From: an uncultured Gemmatimonadales bacterium
GTDB taxonomy: Bacteria > Gemmatimonadota > Gemmatimonadetes > Gemmatimonadales > Gemmatimonadaceae
Reading direction: 5' to 3'
Assembly (NCBI GenBank): GCA_963793305.1
Contig: CAWBZV010000003.1
Span: 576,001-640,000 of the forward strand
DNA length: 64,000 bases
This document shows positions 51,259-60,333 of this stretch, in pieces. Positions within the stretch are counted from its first letter, which is position 1, and the number at the start of each line of letters is the position of its first letter. A program made the translations under genes and the position numbers. The notes under the pieces were generated by a model. That model saw only the letters and a program-made list of their open reading frames with translations, did not search any database and was not told where the DNA came from.

Positions 51259-52179
51259 GTGCTTATCAAGCACCTCGAATACCTCGTGGCGCTCGCTCGC
51301 GAGAAGCACTTCGCGCGCGCCGCCGCCGTGTGCCATGTGACGCAACCAACGCTCTCAGCGGGTATCAAACAGCTCGAGGACAGCCTCGGCGTGCTAGTCG
51401 TCGAGCGCGGCCAGCGGTTTCGGGGCCTCACGCCCGAAGGCGAGCGGGTGCTCGCCTGGGCGCAGCGCATCCTGTCCGATGTCGACGGCCTGCGCCAAGA
51501 CGTCAGCGAGACGCACGGTGGCCTCGTCGGCCGACTCCGACTCGGCGCGATCCCGGCGGCGCTCCCGATGGTCGCCCTGGTCACCGCGCCATTCGTGGAG
51601 CGCTATCCCACCGCCACCACGACCATCTGGTCGCTCACGTCGATCGAGATCCAGCGCGGCCTCGATGATTTTACGCTCGACGCGGGCATCTCGTACCTCG
51701 ACAACGAGCCGCTGGCCCGCGTCCGCACGGTACCGCTCTATCGCGAGCGCTACGTGCTGATCACGTCGGCACTGGGCCCGATGGGTCACCGCACGAGCGT
51801 CGGCTGGCGCGAAGCGGCCGATCTGCCGCTCTGTCTCATGACCCCCGACATGCAGAACCGGCGTATCCTCGACGGACACTTTCGCTCCGTCGGCGCGACC
51901 GCGCGCCCCCACGTCGAGGCCAACACGATGGTCGCACTCGCCTCGCACTTGCGGTTTGGCAACTATTCGGCCGTACTCCCCAAGACCCTGCTCGCGGTCA
52001 TTGGGAATCTCCCGGACATGATCGCGATCCCGCTCGTCGAGCCCGAAGTCTCGCACGAGGTCGGGCTCATCGTCGCGGACCGCGAGCCCCCGACCCCCGT
52101 AGCCGCCGCGGCCGTCCGCGTGGCTGATTCGCTCACGCTCGGCGCGACCATCGATAAGCTCTCGTGGCCGATCCGCTGA
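51259..52179 (+). CDS. LysR-family regulator
   Basis: HFARAAAVCHVTQPTLSAGIKQLE. Confidence 0.92.
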   Translation: MLIKHLEYLVALAREKHFARAAAVCHVTQPTLSAGIKQLEDSLGVLVVERGQRFRGLTPEGERVLAWAQRILSDVDGLRQDVSETHGGLVGRLRLGAIPAALPMVALVTAPFVERYPTATTTIWSLTSIEIQRGLDDFTLDAGISYLDNEPLARVRTVPLYRERYVLITSALGPMGHRTSVGWREAADLPLCLMTPDMQNRRILDGHFRSVGATARPHVEANTMVALASHLRFGNYSAVLPKTLLAVIGNLPDMIAIPLVEPEVSHEVGLIVADREPPTPVAAAAVRVADSLTLGATIDKLSWPIR

Positions 52180-53012
52180 ACCCGACCCACCCCCTGTTCG
52201 GGCTCGGCTACGCGAAACCCGCCCGAACCCGAGAGTTCCTTCGGCTCGACGGCGACACCGAGCGCGAGGGCTCGGCCGACGTCGCCGAGGAAGTGCCGGT
52301 CGCCATCGCGTACAACAATCGGCCGCATGTCGTGATGATGGCGACGCCCGCAGATTACGAGGATTTCGCGGTCGGGTTCTCGCTGACGGAAGAAATCGTC
52401 GCCTCCCTCGATCAAATAGAGTCGATCACGGTCGTCCCGTATAACCAGGGCGTCGAAATTCATCTCGTCATCCCTCATGCCGAGGCCGAGGCGCTCGCCG
52501 AACGCGGGCGGCAACTCGTCGGCCGCACGGGATGCGGGCTGTGCGGCGTGCAGACCATCACCGATGCGTTGCGCCCGCCGAGAACCGTGGCGCCGCCGCG
52601 GCAGCCGATCGCGTCCGAGGCCCTCTGGCGCGCGGAGTCAGCGTTGATGGGCCGGCAGACGTTGAACCAAGCGACGGCCGCCGTACATGCCGCGGCCTGG
52701 GCAACGGCGGACGGGACGCTCGAAGTGGTCAGGGAGGATGTCGGGCGACATAATGCGCTCGACAAAGTGATCGGCGCGCTCGCGCGGGCTAAAATAGATG
52801 CGAGTCAGGGCTTTATCGTGATGACGAGCCGGGCATCGTACGAGCTGGTCCAGAAGGTGAGTATTGTGGGAGTGCCGTTGCTGGCGGCAGTATCGCGGCC
52901 GTCGGGGCTGGCGATACGATTGGCCGAGTCGGCTGGCATTGCGATTGTGGGACTCTTGAGGGGGCGCAGCGCCAACGTTTACACACACCGGGAGCACATA
53001 TCTCACGCTTGA
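52164..53012 (+). CDS. fdhD: Formate dehydrogenase accessory sulfurtransferase FdhD
   Basis: EEVP, MATP, GCGLCG, REDVGRHNALDK, TSRAS. Confidence 0.93.
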   Translation: MADPLNPTHPLFGLGYAKPARTREFLRLDGDTEREGSADVAEEVPVAIAYNNRPHVVMMATPADYEDFAVGFSLTEEIVASLDQIESITVVPYNQGVEIHLVIPHAEAEALAERGRQLVGRTGCGLCGVQTITDALRPPRTVAPPRQPIASEALWRAESALMGRQTLNQATAAVHAAAWATADGTLEVVREDVGRHNALDKVIGALARAKIDASQGFIVMTSRASYELVQKVSIVGVPLLAAVSRPSGLAIRLAESAGIAIVGLLRGRSANVYTHREHISHA

Positions 53013-53815
53013 GCCTCGTGCTTGCGCTGGCCACAGTGGCCGCGCAGGCGAATGCCCAGCAGGACTACGCCGCGATGATGTACCGGATGCACCACGATGA
53101 ACGCCCGGTCGCGAACGCGTCCTGGATCGCGCCGCGCGCCGACGTGGACACGGAGACGGTCGCATACGCGGGTTCAACGACGGGTTACCTCGCGCACCCG
53201 AAAGGGTCGGGGCACAACCCGGCGGTCGTGATGATCCATGAATGGTGGGGGCTGAACGACAACGTGCGGATGGAAGCCCGCCGGCTGGCCGGCGAAGGCT
53301 ACACCGTGCTCGCCGTCGATCTCTACCATGGGAAATCGGCGCAGACGCCCGACGACGCGCGGAATCTGGTGATCGACGTCGTGCACAATCCGGCCGACGC
53401 GCTGGCGAACCTCAACGCCGCCGTCTCGTACGTGAAGTCCCACGGCGCCAAGAAAGTCGGCGTGCTCGGCTGGTGCTTTGGTGGGGCGTGGAGCATACAG
53501 GAAGCGCTCAACGATGCGTCGCAGATCGACGCCAACGTCGCGTATTACGGCACGCCCGTGACTGATCCGGCGAAGCTCGCCAAGATGCCACCGTTCCTGG
53601 GCCTCTACGGCAGCGCCGACGGCGGGATTCCGGTGGACAGCGTCCGCAAGATGGAATCGGCGCTCGAAGGCTTACGCAAGACCGTCGAGGTCAAGGTCTA
53701 CGACGGCGCCCAACACGCTTTCGCCAATCCGTCCGGCCAGCACTACGATAAGGCCGCGGCCGACGACGCATGGCAGCGCACGACAGCGTTTCTGGCCAAG
53801 TATCTCAAGGGCTAG
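53009..53815 (+). CDS. Dienelactone hydrolase family, exported
   Basis: IHEWWGLND, GWCFGG, HAFANP. Confidence 0.9.
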   Translation: MSLVLALATVAAQANAQQDYAAMMYRMHHDERPVANASWIAPRADVDTETVAYAGSTTGYLAHPKGSGHNPAVVMIHEWWGLNDNVRMEARRLAGEGYTVLAVDLYHGKSAQTPDDARNLVIDVVHNPADALANLNAAVSYVKSHGAKKVGVLGWCFGGAWSIQEALNDASQIDANVAYYGTPVTDPAKLAKMPPFLGLYGSADGGIPVDSVRKMESALEGLRKTVEVKVYDGAQHAFANPSGQHYDKAAADDAWQRTTAFLAKYLKG

Positions 53816-53817
53816 GA

Positions 53818-53954
53818 GTGAGCGAAGCGAGCTCGGTCCAACCGACCGGTCGAGCGCGTAGCGCATCGACCAGCGGCGGAGCCGCGTGAGCGAAGCGAAC
53901 GACAGGTCAACCGACCAGTCGAGCGCGAAGCGCATCGACGAGCCGCGGAGCGGC
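53818..53954 (+). repeat. REP-like repeat, tandem copies 4 and 5
   Basis: Two 68-nt units, each starting GTGAGCGAAGCGA (53818, 53886); GCTAG at 53811 and 53963. Confidence 0.85.
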
Positions 53955-54572
53955 CCTGAAAAGCTAGCGCCGGAGCCGAGATGGCCAGCGGTGATCGCGC
54001 TGCTGGCCATCGGGATGCTTCAGTTCGCGCTGCCGCGCTCGATGACGGCTGGGCCCCCGTGGCTGCTGCTCGTCATCGTGGGCGTGTTGCTCGTCCCCAT
54101 TATTTACACCAGACGACGTGGGCTCCACCAAGTCAACCACTCGATGAGCGTGGTGCTCGCCGTGATTATTACGGCGGAGCTGATCGCGGCAGTGTTATCG
54201 TTGGTGGCAGCGCTGCCGGCGCATAAGGAGCCGCCGCAAGCGCTGCTCGAGGCCGCGGCCGATTTGTGGGTGACCAACGTGCTCGTGTTCGCCTATTGGT
54301 ACTGGAAGCTCGACGCTGGCGGCCCGAACGTGCGGGAATCGCGCGGGCATCAGGATGGGGCGTTCTACTTTCCGCAGTTCATGAAGAAGACGCCGGGCTG
54401 GCGGCCGGGCTTCGTCGACTATCTCTTTCTCGCGTTCACGACCAGTACGGCCTTCTCTCCGACCGACACTCCGGTGCTGTCCCAATGGGCGAAAGTACTC
54501 ATGATGTTGCAAGCCACGATCGCGTTTACGACGGTCACCGTCTTGATCGCGCGTGCTATAAATATCTTGTAG
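53886..54572 (+). CDS. Membrane protein, DUF1345-like
   Basis: EPRWP, WYWKLDAGGP, FPQ, FVDYLFLAFTTSTAFSPTD, ARAINIL. Confidence 0.8.
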   Translation: MSEANDRSTDQSSAKRIDEPRSGPEKLAPEPRWPAVIALLAIGMLQFALPRSMTAGPPWLLLVIVGVLLVPIIYTRRRGLHQVNHSMSVVLAVIITAELIAAVLSLVAALPAHKEPPQALLEAAADLWVTNVLVFAYWYWKLDAGGPNVRESRGHQDGAFYFPQFMKKTPGWRPGFVDYLFLAFTTSTAFSPTDTPVLSQWAKVLMMLQATIAFTTVTVLIARAINIL

Positions 54573-56800
54573 CCCTGCTCGTCGCCGGCGCGACGGCCGG
54601 CGCTCAGCAATCGGACCCATCGCGCGTGACGATGGATCGACTGTTCTCGGGCGACTTCTCGCCCGATCGCACCGGTGGCCTTCAATGGCTCCCGAAATCA
54701 CCGGCATACACGGTATTCGAGCGCGGCACGCGCGGCGGCGATCTGGTGCGCTACGATGCGGCGACCGGGGCTCGCTCGGTGATGGTGTCGGCCGACAAGC
54801 TCGTTCCCTCCGGCGCGAATCAAGAGCTTGCGGTCGAGGAATACACCTTCTCGCAGGACGAAAAGAAATTATTGCTGTTCACGAACTCCCAACGCGTGTG
54901 GCGACAGAACACGCGCGGCGATTACTGGGTGTACGATCTCACCGCCGGCACACTGCGGAAGCTCGGCGGTCCCGCCAAGCCATCGACACTCATGTTCGCG
55001 AAGTTTTCGCCCGACGGTGGTCGCGTGGCGTACGTGCGCGAGCACAACCTCTACGTCGAGAACGTCGCCGACGGCAACATCACGGCGCTCACGACCGACG
55101 GATCGCCGACGATCATCAACGGGACGTTCGACTGGGTCTACGAGGAAGAGCTCAACGATCGCGATGGCTTCCGTTGGAGCCCAGACGGCACCCGCATCGC
55201 CTATTGGCAACTCGATGACTCCGGCGTCCACGACTACGATCTCATCGACGACACGGACTCGCTGTACTCCTATATCAATCCCGTGCAGTACCCAAAGGCG
55301 GGCACGCCGAACTCCGCGGCCCGCGTCGGCATCGTGGACGTCACAGGCGGTGCCACGCGTTGGCTCGCGCTGCCCGGCGATCCGCGCGCGTTCTTGATCG
55401 CGCGGCTCATGTGGGCGGGGACGAGCGATGCCGTCGTCGTCCAGCGCATGAATCGCGTGCAGAACGAGAACCAGATTATCCTCGGCGATGCTCGCACTGG
55501 TGCGCTCACGACCGTGCTCACCGAGCGCGATAGCGCCTGGGTCGACGCGGTCGACGACATGCAATGGTTCGAGCGCGGGCAGCGCTTTCTGTGGGTCAGC
55601 GAGCGCGATGGCTGGCGCCGGCTCTACGTGATCTCGCGCGACGGTCGCACCACGAAGGCGATCTCACCGGCAAACGCCAATGTCGCCACGCCGAACAGTC
55701 CGTTCGGCCAAGCCTACACGGTCGGCGTCGACTCGGCCGCCGGCGCCATCTACTACACCGCCTCGCCCGAGAATGCCACGCAACTCTATCTCTTTCGCGC
55801 GAAACTCGACGGGACGGGGCGCGCCGAGCGCGTGACGCCCGCGTCCGAGCCCGGCGTGCACGACTACGACCTCTCGGCCGATGCCAAGTGGGCTATTCAC
55901 GAGTGGTCATCGTTTGACAAGCCGCCGGTCGTCGAGATCGTTCGGCTCGCCGATCATCACGTCACACGCACGGTGACGGATAACTCACGCCTGGTGCGTA
56001 CGGTCAATGCGCTGGCTCGTGGCCCCGTCGAGTTTTCGCGATTGGACGGGCAAGATGCCTGGATCATGAAGCCGCCCGCGTTTGACTCGACGAAGAAATA
56101 CCCGGTGCTCTTCTTTGTCTACGGCGGCCCAGCTGCCCAAACGGTGCTCGACCAATGGGGCGGTCAGCAATACCTGTGGCATCTCATGCTGACGCAGCTG
56201 GGCTATGTCGTGGCATCGGTCGACAATCACGGCACACCGACGCCCCGCGGCCGTGCATGGCGCAAGGCGATTTTCAAGCACTCTGGCCCACTGGAGTCGC
56301 AAGACCAAGCGGGTGCAGCCAAGGCGCTCGTCAGTCGCGGCTGGGCCAATGCCACGCGTGTCGGTGTATGGGGTTGGAGCAATGGTGGCACGATGACGCT
56401 CAATCTCCTCTTCCGTTCGCCGGAGCTGTATCGCATGGGCATGGCCGTAGCCCCGGTGACCGACTCGCGATTTTACGACACGATCTATACCGAGCGATAC
56501 CTGGGACTGCCTGACGAGAACCCCGAACAGTACAAAGAGGCCTCGCCGCTCTCGTACGTGGGCGGCCTCCGCGGTGACCTGCTGGTCGTGCACGGCTCGG
56601 GCGACGACAACGTGCACTTCCAGAACAGCGAGGCACTGATCAACGCGCTCGTCGCGGCGGACAAGCAGTTCACGATGATGGACTACCCGAACCGCACGCA
56701 CTGCATCTGCGAGGGCGAGAACACCTCCCGGCATCTGTACGGTCTCCTGACGCGATACCTCCAGGAGCATTTACCGGCCAATGCTACTCGCGCTGAGTAA
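54557..56800 (+). CDS. S9B dipeptidyl-peptidase IV family (start uncertain)
   Basis: DWVYEEE, YPKAG, GWSNGG, YTERY, DDNVH and H catalytic motifs; no canonical start codon near the signal peptide. Confidence 0.9.
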   Translation, partial: YKYLVALLVAGATAGAQQSDPSRVTMDRLFSGDFSPDRTGGLQWLPKSPAYTVFERGTRGGDLVRYDAATGARSVMVSADKLVPSGANQELAVEEYTFSQDEKKLLLFTNSQRVWRQNTRGDYWVYDLTAGTLRKLGGPAKPSTLMFAKFSPDGGRVAYVREHNLYVENVADGNITALTTDGSPTIINGTFDWVYEEELNDRDGFRWSPDGTRIAYWQLDDSGVHDYDLIDDTDSLYSYINPVQYPKAGTPNSAARVGIVDVTGGATRWLALPGDPRAFLIARLMWAGTSDAVVVQRMNRVQNENQIILGDARTGALTTVLTERDSAWVDAVDDMQWFERGQRFLWVSERDGWRRLYVISRDGRTTKAISPANANVATPNSPFGQAYTVGVDSAAGAIYYTASPENATQLYLFRAKLDGTGRAERVTPASEPGVHDYDLSADAKWAIHEWSSFDKPPVVEIVRLADHHVTRTVTDNSRLVRTVNALARGPVEFSRLDGQDAWIMKPPAFDSTKKYPVLFFVYGGPAAQTVLDQWGGQQYLWHLMLTQLGYVVASVDNHGTPTPRGRAWRKAIFKHSGPLESQDQAGAAKALVSRGWANATRVGVWGWSNGGTMTLNLLFRSPELYRMGMAVAPVTDSRFYDTIYTERYLGLPDENPEQYKEASPLSYVGGLRGDLLVVHGSGDDNVHFQNSEALINALVAADKQFTMMDYPNRTHCICEGENTSRHLYGLLTRYLQEHLPANATRAE

Positions 56801-58010
56801 ACTGGCCGCCCTCGGATTCGCCGCCGCCGTGCACGCGGCGCGGGCGGATCTCGCGCGCGACGGCGGTCGCCTGTGGAGCACGCGGCTCGACACGTTGGAG
56901 TGGATGGGCGTCGACGGCCAGCGCGTGTATCTCACGCGCAAGCCCGACACGACCGGGTACACGATGACCACCGACTCGTTGTGGGTCGGGCCGCTTCCGG
57001 CCGGAGTCGCGCCCGCGAACACGTCGATCGACCGGTGGGGGCGCCGGTGGGCCATGGTCGTGCTCCCGCTCCCGAGCGACCTCACCGCCGCGTCGCGTCT
57101 CTTGATTCACGAAGCGATGCACGTGATGCAGCCGAGCGCATTGCCGGCGCCGGAGCAGCCGGTGAATGGCAGTGGCTTCGATTATCTCGACGGGCCGTCC
57201 GGTCGGCTGTGGCTCCGTATGGAAATCGCCGCGCTTGCCGATGCGCTGTCGGGAGTCAATGGAGCGCTACCGGCAGCCCTGGTCTTTCGCGCGCACAGGG
57301 TCGGCGGCGCCTCGCCAGAAGAGCGCCGTCGCGAGCTCGCTCTCGAGCTATCCGAGGGCCTGCCCGAGTATACCGGATGGCGTCTCACGGACTCATCGGG
57401 TTTCGTTGCCGTGCTGCGCGCGCCGGAGGCGCCACAGCAGTCGTGGGTGAGACGCTTCCCCTATCTGACCGGGACCGCGTACGCATTTCTGCTCGATCGT
57501 GTGCGACCCGGCTGGCGACACGGACTGACCGACACGACCGACCTCGGCGCGCTGGTGCTCGAAGCCACCGTCGGCAAGCGATACAACGAGGCAGACATTG
57601 TTGCGGCCGAGCAAGCGCGCTGGGCGAAGCGCAAGGTGCAACTGGACTCGTTGACTGCGGTGTTCGTGACGGGGCCGACGGTGCGCATCCGGCCGAAAGT
57701 TGTTCGCATCTCGTTCGACTACCGTTCGCAGGTCGCGCTCGGCCCCAACGGCAATGTCATGCCGAACCTCGTCTGGAAAGCCGACGACGGCGGCGAGTTG
57801 CTGGCGGTGAACGGTGGGCTCGTCACCGCGGACTGGACAGAGCTGCGCGTGCCGCTCGAGGGACAGGCCTTCACGCCAGGACGGTTGGCGTCCGCGAAAA
57901 AATGGCAAGCCGGGGACTGGTCGCTGGCGCTTCCCGCGGGATGGGTTGTCAAGAGCGACGGCGCATCGTGGGTCATCACGCCCGGTGAGGACAGTGTGAC
58001 TCCGCACTAG
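56781..58010 (+). CDS. Hypothetical protein with HExxH motif
   Basis: LIHEAMH...EGLPEY suggests a gluzincin-like site. Confidence 0.65.
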   Translation: MLLALSKLAALGFAAAVHAARADLARDGGRLWSTRLDTLEWMGVDGQRVYLTRKPDTTGYTMTTDSLWVGPLPAGVAPANTSIDRWGRRWAMVVLPLPSDLTAASRLLIHEAMHVMQPSALPAPEQPVNGSGFDYLDGPSGRLWLRMEIAALADALSGVNGALPAALVFRAHRVGGASPEERRRELALELSEGLPEYTGWRLTDSSGFVAVLRAPEAPQQSWVRRFPYLTGTAYAFLLDRVRPGWRHGLTDTTDLGALVLEATVGKRYNEADIVAAEQARWAKRKVQLDSLTAVFVTGPTVRIRPKVVRISFDYRSQVALGPNGNVMPNLVWKADDGGELLAVNGGLVTADWTELRVPLEGQAFTPGRLASAKKWQAGDWSLALPAGWVVKSDGASWVITPGEDSVTPH

Positions 58011-58045
58011 CGCAACGTCACCGGGGCGAGGATCTTCGTCCCCCC

Positions 58046-58726
58046 ATGCACACAGTCTTTCCCGCGACACGCCTGTCGGTCATCGAAGCGCTCGGCAGCG
58101 CTGATACGGAAATCCGCTCGCGGGCCTTGGGCGTCGTGGCCGAGGGATACTGGCGGCCCGTGTGTGCGTATATCGCGGCGCGATGGCAGCTGGACCAACC
58201 TGACGCGGAAGACCTGACGCAGGGATTCTTCACGCGTGCGCTCCTCATGCCCGTGTTGGAGCGCTACGACCCGGCGCGATCCCGCTTTCGCACGTATTTG
58301 CGTCTCTGCGTCGACGGCCATGTCCGCAATGCTCACGCGTCTCGACGCCGGGCGAAGCGGGGTGGCGGTGTCGCCATAGTACCGCTGACAGGGCAAGAAC
58401 AAGCGCCAGATCAGATTTTTGAGCGCGAGTGGGTCCGTGCCGTGCTCGCTGACGCGTTAGCGATCCTGCGTCTGCAGTTCGCCGCCAAAGGGCGCGAAAT
58501 TGTGTACCGTGTGTTCCTGCGCTACGACGTCGAGGGCGCTGAGCTAGCGGCGCGGCCCACATACGCCGAGCTGGCGGCCGAGTTCGACCTACCTGTCTCC
58601 CAGATTACAAATTATCTCGCGGCGGCACGCCGCGCGTTACGATTGGCCGTGCTGGATCGCCTTCGCACGCTCACAGTTACGGATGAGGAGTTGCGCCGCG
58701 AAACGCGGGCGCTGCTCGGTGTATGA
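58046..58726 (+). CDS. ECF sigma-70 factor (kinase-associated type)
   Basis: FPATRLS, YWRPV, DAEDLTQGFF, FRTYL, FEREW, YAELA. Confidence 0.88.
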   Translation: MHTVFPATRLSVIEALGSADTEIRSRALGVVAEGYWRPVCAYIAARWQLDQPDAEDLTQGFFTRALLMPVLERYDPARSRFRTYLRLCVDGHVRNAHASRRRAKRGGGVAIVPLTGQEQAPDQIFEREWVRAVLADALAILRLQFAAKGREIVYRVFLRYDVEGAELAARPTYAELAAEFDLPVSQITNYLAAARRALRLAVLDRLRTLTVTDEELRRETRALLGV

Positions 58727-58752
58727 TGCGACTGCCATGTGAACCAGGGGGG

Positions 58753-58842
58753 TCCGGGGGGCGTAGTTGGGGTTTGCCCCCCGGAGGCGAACCGACCAGT
58801 CGAGCAGCGCGCAGCGCTGCATCGACGCGCCGCGGAGCGGCG
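58753..58842 (+). repeat. GC hairpin plus REP-like repeat, copy 6
   Basis: TCCGGGGGGC...GCCCCCCGGA (58753-58785), then AACCGACCAGTCGAGCAGCGCGCAGCGCTGCATCGACGCGCCGCGGAGCGGCG. Confidence 0.85.
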
Positions 58843-58878
58843 TTGCGCCGCGAAACGCGCGCGCTGCTCGGCGCATGA
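58842..58878 (+). repeat. Diverged duplicate of the sigma-factor 3' end (58690-58726)
   Basis: 34/37 nt identical; LRRETRALLGA* versus LRRETRALLGV*. Confidence 0.9.
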
Positions 58879-59765
58879 GACTTTCCGATGCGATGGTCGA
58901 GCACCTCCGGGGACTCACGGACTGGCCCGACCTGACCGGGACACGATACGAGATTCGAAACATCATCGGGCGCGGTGGTATGGGCACCGTGTACGTAGCG
59001 CTCGATCACGCGCTGGAGCGCGAGGTCGCCATCAAGGTCCTGAGCGTCGAGGATCACGCGCGGGCCGAGCGGCTGGCGCGCGAAGCGCGCATCCTGGCGC
59101 GCCTCGAGCATCCCGGCCTCGTGCCCGTGCACGATTACGGTGTGCTCGGCGATGGGCGGCCGTACTATGTCATGAAATACGTGCGCGGCGCGCGGCTCGA
59201 CGAGTACGCCGCGACCGCGGCCGAGTCGCACGAGAAACTGCGCATCTTTCTCCGCATCTGCGAGACGATCGCGTTCGCGCACGCGGCCGGTGTCATCCAT
59301 CGCGATCTCAAGCCCGAGAACGTGATGATCGGGGCGTTCGGCGAAGTGCTCGTGCTCGACTGGGGAACCGCACGAGTGCTGGGCGATCTGGAGACGACGG
59401 CCGCTACCGTTGTGGGCACGCCTGGGTACATGGCGCCCGAGCAGCTCGACGGACACGCGGACCTGTGCGATGCGCGCACCGACATCTATGCGCTCGGCGC
59501 CGTTCTCGAGTGTCTGTGCTCCGGTGAGCATGCGGCGGTCGATGCGATCGCCTTGACGGCCACGGCCGAGCATCCGGACGATCGCTACCAGAGCGTGCAG
59601 GCGCTCGCGGCGGACGTTGCCCGCCATCTCGCCGGCGAGCCCGTCTCGGTCTACCGCGAGCCTCTCACCGAGCGCTTGGCGCGGCTGGCCGGCAAACACG
59701 CGGTCGCACTCGCGCTCGTCGGCGCCTACATGGTCATGCGCGTCCTGTTGATCGCCTGGCGCTAA
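58875..59765 (+). CDS. Hanks-type Ser/Thr protein kinase with C-terminal TM
   Basis: GRGGMG, VAIK, HRDLKPEN, DWG, GTPGYMAPE. Confidence 0.92.
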   Translation: MRLSDAMVEHLRGLTDWPDLTGTRYEIRNIIGRGGMGTVYVALDHALEREVAIKVLSVEDHARAERLAREARILARLEHPGLVPVHDYGVLGDGRPYYVMKYVRGARLDEYAATAAESHEKLRIFLRICETIAFAHAAGVIHRDLKPENVMIGAFGEVLVLDWGTARVLGDLETTAATVVGTPGYMAPEQLDGHADLCDARTDIYALGAVLECLCSGEHAAVDAIALTATAEHPDDRYQSVQALAADVARHLAGEPVSVYREPLTERLARLAGKHAVALALVGAYMVMRVLLIAWR

Positions 59766-59796
59766 AGGATTCGGCTCTATTCGTGGAATAGAGCGC

Positions 59797-60153
59797 ATGA
59801 AAACTCCACTGTACGGCCTCATCCTCGGCGGCGCGCTCGGCATCTTCGACGGCCTCTCCGCCCTCGTCTCAGCTCCCGAAGTCGCCCCCCAAATCGTTGG
59901 TATCGTCGTCGGCTCGACCATCAAGGGACTCATCACGGGCGTGCTGATCGGCGTCTTCGCCCGCAAGGTCCACTCATTTCCACTCGGTCTGGCATTCGGC
60001 CTCGCCGTCGGGATCTTGTTCGCGTACGGCGTCTGTGTGATGAACGTATCGACTGGCCAGAAACCTTATTACTGGCAGATCATGCTGCCCGGCGCGATCC
60101 TCGGGCTCATCGTTGGATACGCTACACAGCGTCATGAAACGATGACGGGCTAG
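59797..60153 (+). CDS. Small membrane protein
   Basis: 118 aa, four Gly-rich hydrophobic segments. Confidence 0.75.
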   Translation: MKTPLYGLILGGALGIFDGLSALVSAPEVAPQIVGIVVGSTIKGLITGVLIGVFARKVHSFPLGLAFGLAVGILFAYGVCVMNVSTGQKPYYWQIMLPGAILGLIVGYATQRHETMTG

Positions 60154-60247
60154 CGGCTCGAGTCTATCAGATTCGGGTCGCTAGCTAGTGGCGAACGATT
60201 TGTCGGGCGTGTGTCGCAGCATCCAATTCTCATCCAGAGCGTAGAGT

Positions 60248-60333
60248 GCCCGGGTGGTGGAATTGGTAGACACACCGACCTCGCAAATCGGTGACCCGAA
60301 AGGGTCGTGCGGGTTCGAGTCCCGCTCCGGGCA
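60248..60333 (+). tRNA. tRNA with Leu-type body and CGC (Ala) anticodon
   Basis: Full cloverleaf: GCCCGGG/TCCGGGC acceptor, A73, Leu-type D-arm GTGGAATTGGTAGACAC, long variable arm GACCC-GAAA-GGGTC, GCGGG-TTCGAGT-CCCGC; anticodon 60282-60284. Confidence 0.88.

Noticed and set aside
53818..53954. Tandem repeats as a CRISPR array
   Set aside because: Only two degenerate units, no unique spacers, no cas genes; they belong to the dispersed hairpin family.
60248..60333. Ordinary tRNA-Ala, tRNA-Cys(GCA) or tRNA-Sec
   Set aside because: No G3.U70, and a long variable arm argues against Ala; GCA is off-centre and the discriminator is A; the anticodon is not UCA and the acceptor stem is 7 bp.
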